A stretch of DNA of 64,000 nt from Prorocentrum cordatum (Eukaryota), in the NCBI GenBank assembly GCA_963575745.1, contig CAUYUJ010000003.1, forward strand, positions 186,001 to 250,000, read 5' to 3'. Every line of letters starts with the position of its first letter. The first letter of the stretch is position 1. The notes under the pieces were generated by a model. That model was given only the letters and a program-made list of their open reading frames with translations, had not been told where the DNA came from and did not search any database. Below, piece by piece: positions 1-15,399 of the stretch. The position numbers and the translations under genes are program-made.

Positions 1-91
1 CAAGGAGGAGGAGGAGGACGAAAAGGAGGAGGAGAGAAGGGAGGAGGAGGAGGAGAAGGAGGAGGGCTAGTAGGAGAAGGAATCATAAGAT

Positions 92-5590
<5,499 letters not shown>

Positions 5591-5641
5591 CAATACTAAA
5601 TGATGGTCTTCCTGTCGCCGCCGCCAGTAACACATTGGCCC

Positions 5642-6078
5642 CTCGAGGCCCCCATTTTCTCCGGAGCCATCGTTTACGAAGGTGCAGCCTGAGCAACAAC
5701 TGACTGCACGGCCAGCGGGATTCGCTGAGTACCACTCGAGCGAGCATTGAAGCACAGACAGCGGCTTGCAAGAGTGGTGAAGTGCAGCGTGCCCTGCAAA
5801 CAGAAGTGAGGCAGACGGAGGAAGAAAAGAAAAGGAAAGCAGCGCGACTTGAGCCGTCAAGGTTACGGTCAAGTGGCGCCTCAAACGTGCCCCACGACCA
5901 CGCCCTGCAAGTATAATTAGGTCTCTCGAGGCCCCCATTTTCTCCGGCGCCAGCGTTTACGAAGGTGCAGCCTGAGCAGCAACTGACTGCGCGGCCAGCG
6001 AGGCTCGCTGGGTACCACTCGAGCGAGCATTGAAGCACAGACAGCGGCTTGCAAGAGCGGTGAAGTGCAGCGTGCCCT
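5642..6078 (-). repeat. Split direct repeat terminus: 154 bp copies at 5642-5795 and 5925-6078 around a 129 bp spacer
   Basis: Both copies run from ctcgaggcccccattttctccgg to gaagtgcagcgtgccct with scattered substitutions. The inner copy abuts the MTase stop codon. Confidence 0.9.
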
Positions 6079-6790
6079 ATCCTACCTTATGTGCCCTGGC
6101 AATTGTGGCGGCCAGCAGCGAGCAAAGGGAGGGCGGGTAGGGCTCGGCTCGTGTTGTCCAAAAAACACATGTCGGGTCTTCGCCATCGAGCTTCCAGTGG
6201 GGCGGGCGTGTTCTTTGGCAAAGCGTGGTCGCGCATTTCTTAGACATCGTGCTGAGGCCCGGCACGGTGCCAACGATCTTCGTAGCTTGTCGCCACCTCT
6301 CGCCGAACATACAGAGATCACACCGAGCAACTTCAAAATGGAGTTCGGCAGCCAGTTTGATCATTTCGGGGATGGCCCGAATAATACAAGTGAGCGGACT
6401 CTAAATTGAGACAGTGGTGCCATTCTTGATCGCCAGGCGATAAGCACGAATGACGAACGCAATGGAACTTTTGGCAGCAGCTGTCCTGCGGAGGCAATCG
6501 CCTTGCAAGTCTGGGAAACCCCAGGGAAACTCATTCGATCTGAGAGGCGGTGGGCCAGAGCCGCCCAGGCGCCTCGCACGCGACAAGGTCTGACAGGGCA
6601 ATGCGCAATGCACGTGGCAGTAACGGCGCGCCCTGATACCTGTCAGTAACCTACGCTGAGGGCCTCTCTGCGTCAAATCACAAGCAGGCCCATCGAGAAC
6701 CTCCCATCCTTCACACGCGATGCCACTCCTCGCCATCGCCTTGGCTAGCCTCCCAAATCCAACGAAGACCTCGGCCGCTTTCCGTTGAGG
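6077..6790 (-). pseudogene. C5 cytosine DNA methyltransferase (Dnmt-like) domain, inactivated
   Basis: Motif I 'EVFVGFGRL'; catalytic 'LPCQTLSRAR'; motif VI ENP decayed to 'I*SP' (stop at 6401-6403, in frame with ORF 6077..6364); 'DLCMFGERW'; C-terminal 'AEPYPPSLCSLLA'. Confidence 0.85.
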
Positions 6791-7760
6791 CGGCGCCTGC
6801 GGATCGGGGGGAGGTTGAATCCGCCGAAACGTCCATGGAACCAACCGTTGAGGCACCTCACAGCGAGGCGGCTGCACGCCAGAGTCTCTGGCGGAGTCCT
6901 GTTGATCGCCTGCTGCACCTTCCCGAACTTTTCGCATCGACGCACGGAGTTGAAGGTCTTCCAGCCGCCCCGCTTCTGAATGGCAACCAGATCCCGCCTT
7001 TGTAGCATGGCGTCGCGGGAAGCCCCATCCGTGCCGCGCCTGGCGTGTGCACAGCTGCTCGGCGCCCAGCCCCACGATGTCCGTTGCGTCCTCGAACGCC
7101 TCCTTGTATTGGGCGACGGACAAGCGGAAGAGCGGTTCGCTGGGATCGCGGCCCCGCGCCAGCTCCTCCAGGTGGGTCGACAGCTGCGCATCGAAATCCT
7201 CCACCGCCACCGTGTCGTCGAAACTGCCCGCTTTGCGGGGCAGGCCGCGATCCTCTGGCCGCGCCACCAGGCAGAGGCGGCGGTAGCCCTGGAGGCGGGC
7301 CGCAAGGAGGACAAGATCCCCAACTTGGACCTCCGTGGCCTCCCCAGGGCGGGCGTAGGTGTCGTAGGAGGTCAGCAGGCACAGGGCAGCATCCCTCCGC
7401 CGTGTAGCCAGGAGGGCGCCCGCTATAGCAGATAGCTGTCCATTCCCAAGGCAGTCCAAAACGAGAGGCACCTGGAACCGCCTTTCGGAAGCCCTTCGGC
7501 GCCCTCCTCATCCGTGGCAGTGGCAACGCCAGCGGCACAGGGCCCCAATCTCACATGAACTTGATGGCGGCCAGGAGGCGCTCGGCCGTCGCGGCCTCGT
7601 AGCCCTCAAGGTAGAGCGAGTCGAGGTAGTCGACGGCCGCCGCATCCAGCTGCTCGTCGGTGTGCAGCTGAATTCGCTCCCGCGCCGCCCACTTCGAGAA
7701 CTCGTGGTAGCTCTTCCTGCACGAGGCGGCGACCGAGGGTTTCACCGAGGCCTGCTCCGG
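6790..7760 (-). pseudogene. Tyrosine recombinase (phage-integrase fold), frameshifted
   Basis: N-terminal helical domain 'SYHEFSKWAARE...LDAAAVDYLDSLYLEG'; catalytic R in 'TYARPGE'; 'RQARHG/GASRD'; 'RGGWKTFNSVRRCEK' with the expected Tyr replaced by Cys. Confidence 0.9.
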
Positions 7761-8189
7761 AATGCTCAGCTGGTGCGGGCCCCTCTGGAGAAGCAGCGGC
7801 CCCGCAGTCTCCTGGCCCGCCGCCACCGCGTGCCGAGCCCTGCGCGCCTTCGCGCGGTCGGCCCGAAGCCTCTGCGTGCGGGGGCCCGTGGGCTCTGGCA
7901 GAGGAGGCCGCAGCAGGCGAGCAAGCGGCAGCGGCCCCGAGCGCGACGAGCTCGTGGATGCTGAAGCGGCGGACAGCGGGCCCTCCGGGGGCACGGCCGC
8001 TGCTGCGCCGCGGCCTGTGGTCTTCGCAAGCTTCACCACATCGCCCGCGGCGGCCCTCGGCAGAGCTGGACTCCGCGTCGGTGCTCGGAGCATCAATCGT
8101 AGGAAACTCGTCCTGGTGAGCCGAGTCGTTACAGGCAGAAGAGAAAGAGGAAAGAGATTTGCGACCGTGGTGTGTCTTCTTCGGGACAG

Positions 8190-8405
8190 AGGTTTCGAAC
8201 ATCCTCGAGGGCCCATGAGCATGATTTACTTCGGAAACTACCCAACGCCATTTGAACTTGCAATTGAGAACGACGGTGTAAGTGGCCACACTTCGGCAAC
8301 ACCCCAACATACGGAAGTCCCCACTGCGGCCTTTAAGGAACGCCAAGATGGAGCCCATCGAGTCTCCGAGGATGAGGTGCTTCATGTTGCGGCAGTCCAT
8401 CGGAC
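8190..8405 (-). pseudogene. DIRS-type RNase H C-terminal fragment
   Basis: 'LILGDSMGSILAFLKGRS...KWRWVVSEVNHAHGPSR' matches the DIRS pattern DS...KGRS...WVPSExNxADxPSR. Confidence 0.85.
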
Positions 8406-9765
8406 CGATATAAATTGGAAATCTCTGAGACTCGTGGGTTCTGGAGGACGTATCTATCGCGCACGGCGGCCGTCTCAGAGCATTCCCGAGCGCTCTGAGA
8501 GCGCTCCGGAACGCTCTGGAACGGACTTATCTCGATTCCAGGCCCGTCCGACTCCTAGCATGGGCGCAACGGGTCCTGAGGGAAACGGGTCCTGGACCCC
8601 AGGGCCTCCCCCCAGGACGAGCCTTACGTCCTGAGCCGATTTTTTCTGACGGTCCCGGGGCTCGTGGTGGGCCCCGAGAGCCCGAAGAGGCGAACAACCT
8701 CAGGACCCGTTTCCCTCAGGATCCGCCTCCCACATGGCGAACTCCTCCCTCCCGGCGCCGTGAGATCTGGGGAGATCTCGTGGCCCCGGCCATGATATCC
8801 CCCTCCCCTTCTAGACAAACGCGTTCCACCACTCGCAAAGGAACTGCTTGCAAACGGCCTGGATCCGCCGCAGGTTATCCACGATCCATTACTTCGAGGC
8901 GGGCATGTGTTTCCCGGAGGTTTGTCGGCATGCTGCGAGCGCAGTGAAACGCGCTCGGCCACCTTCGTCGTCATCCCCCTCTTGGCCACGCCCGGTCCTC
9001 TTCTGACAGTTCCGGGGCCCGCGGAGGGCCCCGAGAGCTCGAAAATGGCGAAAAACCTTCGGAGTCGCTTCCCTCGGGACCCGTTTCCCCTGCGGCCCTC
9101 GCCCTCGCGCCTCCCGAGCAGTTTTCCGCGTCTTCGGGGAAGGCTTGGAAAACTTCTCAGAAGGCCAGGGGACTTCCCGACCTTCTGAAAGAGGCCTTCT
9201 CCTTCTCACTTCCCCCCCTCGCTCGCCGCCGATCCTCGCGGCCACCCCCTGGGGAAACCCAAAGGCAACGATACCACTACTCTCCGGACCTCTCCCGGGG
9301 TGCGTTCTGACTCGGATTTCGAGGCGAATCCAGCGGTGGCAACGAGGGCCTTCCAGGAGGCCCAAAAAGGGGAAGACAAGGGAAGGGTAGCAGGTCCCAC
9401 CTCCTCGCGACCGGCCCGAGAGGCCGGTCGGTCCTGCAGACGCCCCAGCCGTGGGGGCCCCGAGGCGCGCGGCGGCGGCGCAGAGGCCGCCCCCGAGCCC
9501 GGCGCGGGGCGCCATGGGTGCCGCGGGGGGCGGGGCGGGCGGCAGGCACAAGTCGTCTTGGAGGTGTGGTACAGTCAAGACCGATCGTAAGGATGCGCGG
9601 TGCGGTCCCAGGCATGGTCGCAACGCAGGTTTCTCGTCGTTTCAGCTTCTCGAGGCCCCCGACGGGCCCTGGGACCCACAGAAAACAACTCAGGATGAGA
9701 GACTGGTCCTTGGGGCAGGGTCGGGAATTCCAGGGGCCGCGTGCTGAAAAATCAAAACGATCGTA

Positions 9766-10488
9766 CAGTCAACCCGAATAGCAAGGATGCGCGAGGGGGG
9801 CACTGGATGAGGAACCATCCCGCCGTGATTTTTCGCTGCGAGGGCAGCGGGGGAGTCCCGTGCTCCCAGCCTCTCCTGGGCCGCCCCTCCGCGGTGAGCC
9901 TCGGCGTCGCCCGACGCGCCGGGCGTGCCCCAGCGCACAGACTTGGTACGCCCGCACTGGGCACACGCAAGCTGCCGCAAGAAGGAACACTACAGTCAAC
10001 AGGTAGAGTAAGGAGGCACGATGAGGATGCAAGGGCCTTGGAAGACCATGCCGACACTCTGCGAGCGGCGCGCGGCCAGCGAAAGCGGCCAATTATGGGC
10101 CGAAGGGGAGGGATGCGAGGGTAGCCTTGGAAAGCCGCTGATCTTCACTATGCGTGTTGACTGTAAGGAAGCATGGGATAAGGAATCCAGGGTCTGGAAG
10201 CTGATGGAACTCCAATCGTGGATTGCCCATGGATAACACCGCCACCCTCAGCAGATAAGGACACCCCCTAGGGTCTGAAGTCTCCTGGGCACATTCCTTA
10301 ACGAACGCCTCCACCACAAGGATGCAAGCCCTGAGACGCCCATGTCGAAGCTTTTCGAGCAAGGCTTGCAAGCCCTTGGACGCCCATGTCGAAGCTTTCC
10401 GAGCAAAGCTGGCAATCGAAAGGGGGGTAAGGAGGGGCCACGGAGGCAGGGGAGGAAGGTTGCCCATCCTTCTCATCGGATTCGACTG
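9766..10488. mobile_element. Outer related TIR element enclosing the 9993-10163 MITE
   Basis: TA|CAGTCAACCCG at 9764-9776 and GATTCGACTG|TA at 10479-10490. Segment 10320-10450 resembles the MITE body. Confidence 0.5.
9993..10163. mobile_element. 171 bp MITE (TA target duplication, CAGTCAAC TIRs; Tc1/mariner-pogo style)
   Basis: TA|CAGTCAACAGGTA ... TGCGTGTTGACTG|TA. The body aligns with the copy at 44434-44608. Confidence 0.85.
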
Positions 10489-11689
10489 TATAGGCCGCCG
10501 AGATAGATGGGGTCAGAGCAAATGTGGTCGGAGGATCGCCCCGCATCGCGCCGATGCATCGGCGACGCCAACGTGGAGAAGTCGGGCTCCACATCGACCG
10601 GCATCGCTGATTCATCGGCGATGCGGCGCGATTCGCCGAACCCATCTACTCCGACCCCATCTGGGAGGCCTAGATGGCGGTGCAGTCAGTAGTAGTTTTG
10701 AGACGTCGTGGAGTTACGCTCGAGCCCGCAACGCACAGCGATGATCCGAAGAGTGCCAGTAGTAATATAAAAGCATTGCCAGTGCGACCGCAGCCTGCCA
10801 CGCTCACTCCCCAATGTCGCTTCCCCCCAATGTCCACCCGACCACTCCTCTTCCCTTTAAGTAACTCCGTCTCGCCGAAAAACCCAGGGTGTCGGGAGGG
10901 ATGGCTGGGCAATGCGCCTGAGACTTCCTCATCGCTCATGACTCTGACGGACAGGCAGACAAACGACAAACAGACCCGCACGGACGGCACCTACGTGGGT
11001 GCAGCGGGTGGGCGCCAGGGCGCCGGTGAAGGATGGACTGGCCGCTCAGAAGCTGGAGTCGGGTCGAAGCTGGGGTCGGAGACATGGGAGTCAGAGCTCA
11101 TGACTCGTAAGTTTGACGATTCCAGCATGTAGAGGGATGGGGGGCGGGCTGGTCTCAAGATGCGGCTCCCGACGAGAGAAGGAGGAGGAGGAGGAGGAGG
11201 AGGAGGAGGAGGAGGAGGAGGGGTGGACTTCAGGTCCTCCCCTGCTTCCCTCTCTTCGGCCCCTCGCCGCCTCCCTTCTCCCCTCCACCCCAGTGCTGAT
11301 GATCTTCTTCCAGGCCCTGGCGGAGGCGAAAGCCGCCGCGGGGTGGGCGGGCGAGGGGGGAGGGAAGGGGGCAACGCCTCGCACCGACCGTGGCGCCCAC
11401 AGCCTCGAGGCTTCGAGGAGGAGCCTCTCGGAAACTCCTGGTCCTGTGCGCTCCCAAGTGGCCCCCATGTGTGTGCGAGTAAGCAGGCAAGTCTACCTGC
11501 CCCCCTCGAGCTCTGGTCTACCTGCCCGATGAGGGAGAGGGGAGGCGGAGGAGGAGGAGGAGGAGGAGGAGGAGGAGGAGGAGGAGGAGGCTGACGCTGC
11601 AGTCTGTGTGGGCTGAAGTACGATCAACCCGAAAAGGAGGAGGGGAGGCGCACGTGGCCTTGGCGAGCATGTCATAATTATGCGATTCG

Positions 11690-12792
11690 CAATGCGGCGC
11701 GAGCCGCGTGCCGAGCGTGCGCTAGAAGAGCAGGCGACGCAGCTTCTTGCTGGGCAAAAGTTGGCCGAAGCTTACGGTAGGTATGGTATGTAAATGTATG
11801 CCTCCTGTGAATGTGCAACCGCACGTTCAGCGCCCCCTCATACTCAGAATCATCCCCCAAAACACGATCCGAGAAAGCGGGTCGAGGGGAAGGACTGGGG
11901 AGTGGATCTCAACGGTTTTCCACAGGGGCTCACAACAGAGGTTGCGTGGGATGGCATCGGGTGATTCGCACCCGAACATGCGTTTACTTTCTGCAAGGTT
12001 TTTGGCTCTGCCACTTGTGATCCAAAACCCTAGCAAGGTCTTGATATGCGGCCAGGCTCGCGGCGGTGCCTGCGAGGCGAGAAGACGCCCCAGACGACGC
12101 CATCGGAGGCCCGCTTCGTGCAAGAGGGAAGTGGGTAGGTGGGGAGCCAGGAGGAGAAGCGGCGACAATGAGCTGTGGGATGGACTCTGGAAGGCATTGC
12201 ACTTGCAAGCTGTACAATACTGAACCTGGCACCGCGGAGGTTTCTTCGCTCAAGTTTCGATAGCTTTGCTGGCCTAGCGTAGCGCATCAGAGTGCGCCGT
12301 GGGAAGCTTGTCAGGGGGATGGGGAAGAGGCGAGAGGAGATCCGAGGCGAGAGAGGTCAGAGGGGTCGAAGGAGGATGATACTGTGACTATGGAGTGCAG
12401 GATGAGCCAGCAGGGTGCAGACCACCACTCGCAGGCCTCTCGCCTGGCCGCTCCCTCTACGAACGCACGGCTCTGGGGCCTCTGGCAGGCCAGGCTCCAC
12501 GATTGAAAGGCTATGCCACAAGCGCGCCAAGAGCATGCCAGGCAGGACATCAGCATTGGTTAGGGGACCCTCATCCATCGAAAACTGCGCAACTCAAGCA
12601 AGCGAGGGGAAGATGACGGAATACGCAACAGCTGGTGTAAGACATGAGTTTCCCGATGCAGCATTTGATGTGGGAGAGGATAAAGCTGAACATTGTGCGA
12701 TAGACGTGGCAGAATGGACAGGGGGTGGAACCGAAAACTGGAGTCAGCAGGGGCCCGAATCGCAACCACCATACGGCACCTCGACCACCCGT
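11690..12792 (-). mobile_element. LINE ORF2 3' fragment (post-RT region and zinc knuckle)
   Basis: 'ILPRLSHNVQLYPLP...E...LHQLLRIP' and 'KTLLGFWITSGR...FGCESPD...LCCEPLW'. The same knuckle pattern recurs at ~29350 and ~43330. Confidence 0.75.
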
Positions 12793-13620
12793 TCCCAATC
12801 ATCCTGTGGTGTTGGGTCCTCGTTTCGAAGAGACAACGCCCCTAGTCCTCATCCTTCCTCCTCCCTCCTCTCACCATTGCCTCTGCTCGCACGCATGTCC
12901 AATTCGGCACACCCTTTCTCTCGGTTCGTCGCACCATAAGGAACTCCACCAAAGACCCCAAAGGCAGTGTCCGCGTGCGCCCACACCGCCCACAGCATGC
13001 CCATTCCGGCACACCCTTGGCACGGTCCGTGGCCCCATAGGGAGCTCCACCGAAGACCCCAGAAGCAGCGTCCGCATGCGCCCACCCCGCCCACCGCATG
13101 CCCATGTCAGCACACACACACACACACATACCTCACATGGTTTTTGGCCCCATAGGGAACTCCTCCGAAGGCCCCAAGTGGTAGCGTTCGCATGCGCCCA
13201 CCCTGCCCACCGGGTGCCAATTTCGGAACACCCCGTATACGGTTCGTCGCCCCATAGGGAACGAACTCCACCGGAGGCCTCCGTGGCATCGTCCGCATGC
13301 GCCCAACCCGCCCACCGCATGTATATTTCGGTAGACCCTCTCACACGGTTCGTGGCCCCATAGGGAGCTTCACCGAACGCCCCAGAGGCAAAATTCCACA
13401 TGCGCCCACCCCGCCCACGGCATGTCCATGTCGGGATACCTTTCACATGGTTCGTGGCCCCATAGGGAGCTTCACCGAAGGCCCTCGTGTCAGGGTTCGC
13501 GCGGTTCGTGGCCCTGTAGGGAGCTCCACCGAAGGCCCCAGCGGCAGCGCCCGCATGCGGCCACCCCGCCCGCCGCATGCCAAATTCGGCACACCCCTGC
13601 CATGGTTCGCGGCCCAGTAG
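12793..13620. repeat. Satellite family A (~90 bp unit) with conserved head; a further unit at ~14150-14280
   Basis: Repeated ggccccatagggagctccaccgaaggcccc...ccgcatgcgcccaccccgcccaccgcatg...cggttcgt. Confidence 0.9.
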
Positions 13621-14289
13621 GGAGTCGGGCCAGAGGCCCAGGCCGCCGGAAGGCTTGAGGAAAGAAGCTGGAGCTATTTGCGGCGCGCACGAAGCGGCGC
13701 AGGAAGGAGGCGACGGCCCCCGCCAGGTAGCTAGGCTTCACCGAGTTTATCCGCGAGGCCGGACCTGGGGAGCTGGACCACCCGAGCAACGCCTTCTTTC
13801 GATTGTCCAACCGCGCCGCGGGCGACCCGCGCGCGTCGCTGGAATCCTCTCGGGGCGACCAGCGCGCGTCGCGGGAGCACCGCGCTGCGCTCTGCCCAGC
13901 GGCCGGAGCCTTGCTCGCTATCAGCCAGCCGGCTAGCTCTCTTCGCTCCGCGCAGCGGACGACCCGCGCGCGTCGCTGGGGCCCTTTCGGAGCGACCGGC
14001 TCGCGTCGCGGGGGCCCCGCGTTGCGCCGCGCCCGCGGCCTTGGACTTTGGGGCGCGCGGGCAGAGAAAAAATGGAAGAAGGGTCATATTGGACTGTCCA
14101 GCTATCCTCGCGCCCACCCGTCGAAAAGACCGCGGACAGGGGGGGGCGCGCCGAGGGCCCCATGGGAAACTCAGCCAAAGGCCCCAGTGGCAGCGCCCGG
14201 GCACCACCGCCATCCCCGTTTGGCACGTCCGCCACGCGCTTCGTGCCCCAATGAGGAGCTCCACCGAAGACGGCGCTCGCGACTGCGGC

Positions 14290-15320
14290 ACTCACAGCTG
14301 CGCATGGTTGGGTCCTTTGCCAGGCGAATTATGTTGTTCTTTGCTTCCAGATGCAAGTCGATGCGTGAGCTGGGCCCCTGGGCCAAAATGGGCGCCCGGG
14401 TGCCGACGGGCGCTGCAGGTTTGAACATCGGCCCTCTCGGGAACGCAATGCCGAATGGCCTCGTAGAGGCTCGCAGCTTGATCGTCGGCGAGAATGTCCC
14501 GCGAGGGGGCGGGCTCCACTCGGGTTGAAGGTCATGCGCGGCCAGGGCGGAGGCCGCTTTCAAAGGGGCGAAAATCAACGAGAGGTCAGGACAAGTCACC
14601 GCCCTACGGCGCCGGCACACAATGCAACAGAGAGGAGGAGAGGTGGAGAGGGGAGGCGCCTTGGACGCAGGCCTCGCGCGACGCAGCTGGTACGCGCCTG
14701 CAAATCGGGTCCATGTCAATAGCCCAGAGGGCCCCAGTCAAGGGGCAGCCTTGGGGGCCTCTGCGAGGAATGTCGAAAAAATCTGTGCTTCGCCTGCGCA
14801 GCCATGCATTGGAGTGCCCCTGCGGTGGCGATTGCATTGGGGTGCCCCTGGGGTGTGCTAGCCTCTCCGGCATTGATCCGGGCTGCTCCTGCGACATGCT
14901 GAAGACGTCGGCGCGACTTCCATGCGAAATGGCGCACGGGCGACGGGATAGGACGGCGTAAACAATGCTGCGCAAACGGGCCTGTGTGTCTAGATGAATC
15001 ACGTGACCCCCGAAGATGCGGCCTCTCACGAAGCCTTGCAGCATTCCATGCACATGCAGTTTGGCGATTGTACTGATGTGTATGTGGACTGTCCGGGCAA
15101 AAACCTTCCTGTCGGTGTTGGTTGAACGTCGTGGGCGAAGTCCGCTGGCGCCACTCGCGCAATCTGCGAATTCCTTCGCCCTCAGGGATGAGAGCGATCT
15201 TTGACGGGTTGAGACCGGTGACGTGGCCCTCGCCAGAGAACAGCCTCCGTGACACCTCGCATGAGACCTCCGATGCTGCTGGGGCGGCCTTCCAGGCCTC
15301 GCAAGGGCGCCGATCAGTGT
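14290..15320 (-). mobile_element. LINE reverse-transcriptase fragment, degenerate
   Basis: 'PCEAWK', 'LNPSKIALIP', 'LRP...NTDRKVFAR', 'QGFVRGR', 'QGCPLTGALWAIDMDP', and 'HPGAHFGPGA' (YLG region). Confidence 0.88.
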
Positions 15321-15399
15321 CCATCGGGGGGGGGGGGGGGGGGGCAATGTCAGATGTCGATTGAAATCGTCGCGGCAAGCGCGCGCTTTGACGCTGCGC

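Larger units (their letters stand above)
5642..8410 (-). mobile_element. 5'-truncated DIRS/Ngaro-like tyrosine-recombinase retrotransposon (RNase H - YR - C5 methyltransferase - split direct repeats)
   Basis: On the minus strand: DIRS-type RNase H C-terminus, then YR, then cytosine MTase, then a B-A-B repeat end. No RT is visible upstream of ~8410. Confidence 0.9.

Noticed and set aside
12793..12860. Hammerhead ribozyme suggested by CGAAAC in the satellite head
   Set aside because: No CTGANGA core was found at a suitable position.
14377..14392. SL-like CCCATTTTGGCCCAGG on the minus strand
   Set aside because: It lies inside LINE RT coding sequence (HFGPG), so it is probably coincidental.
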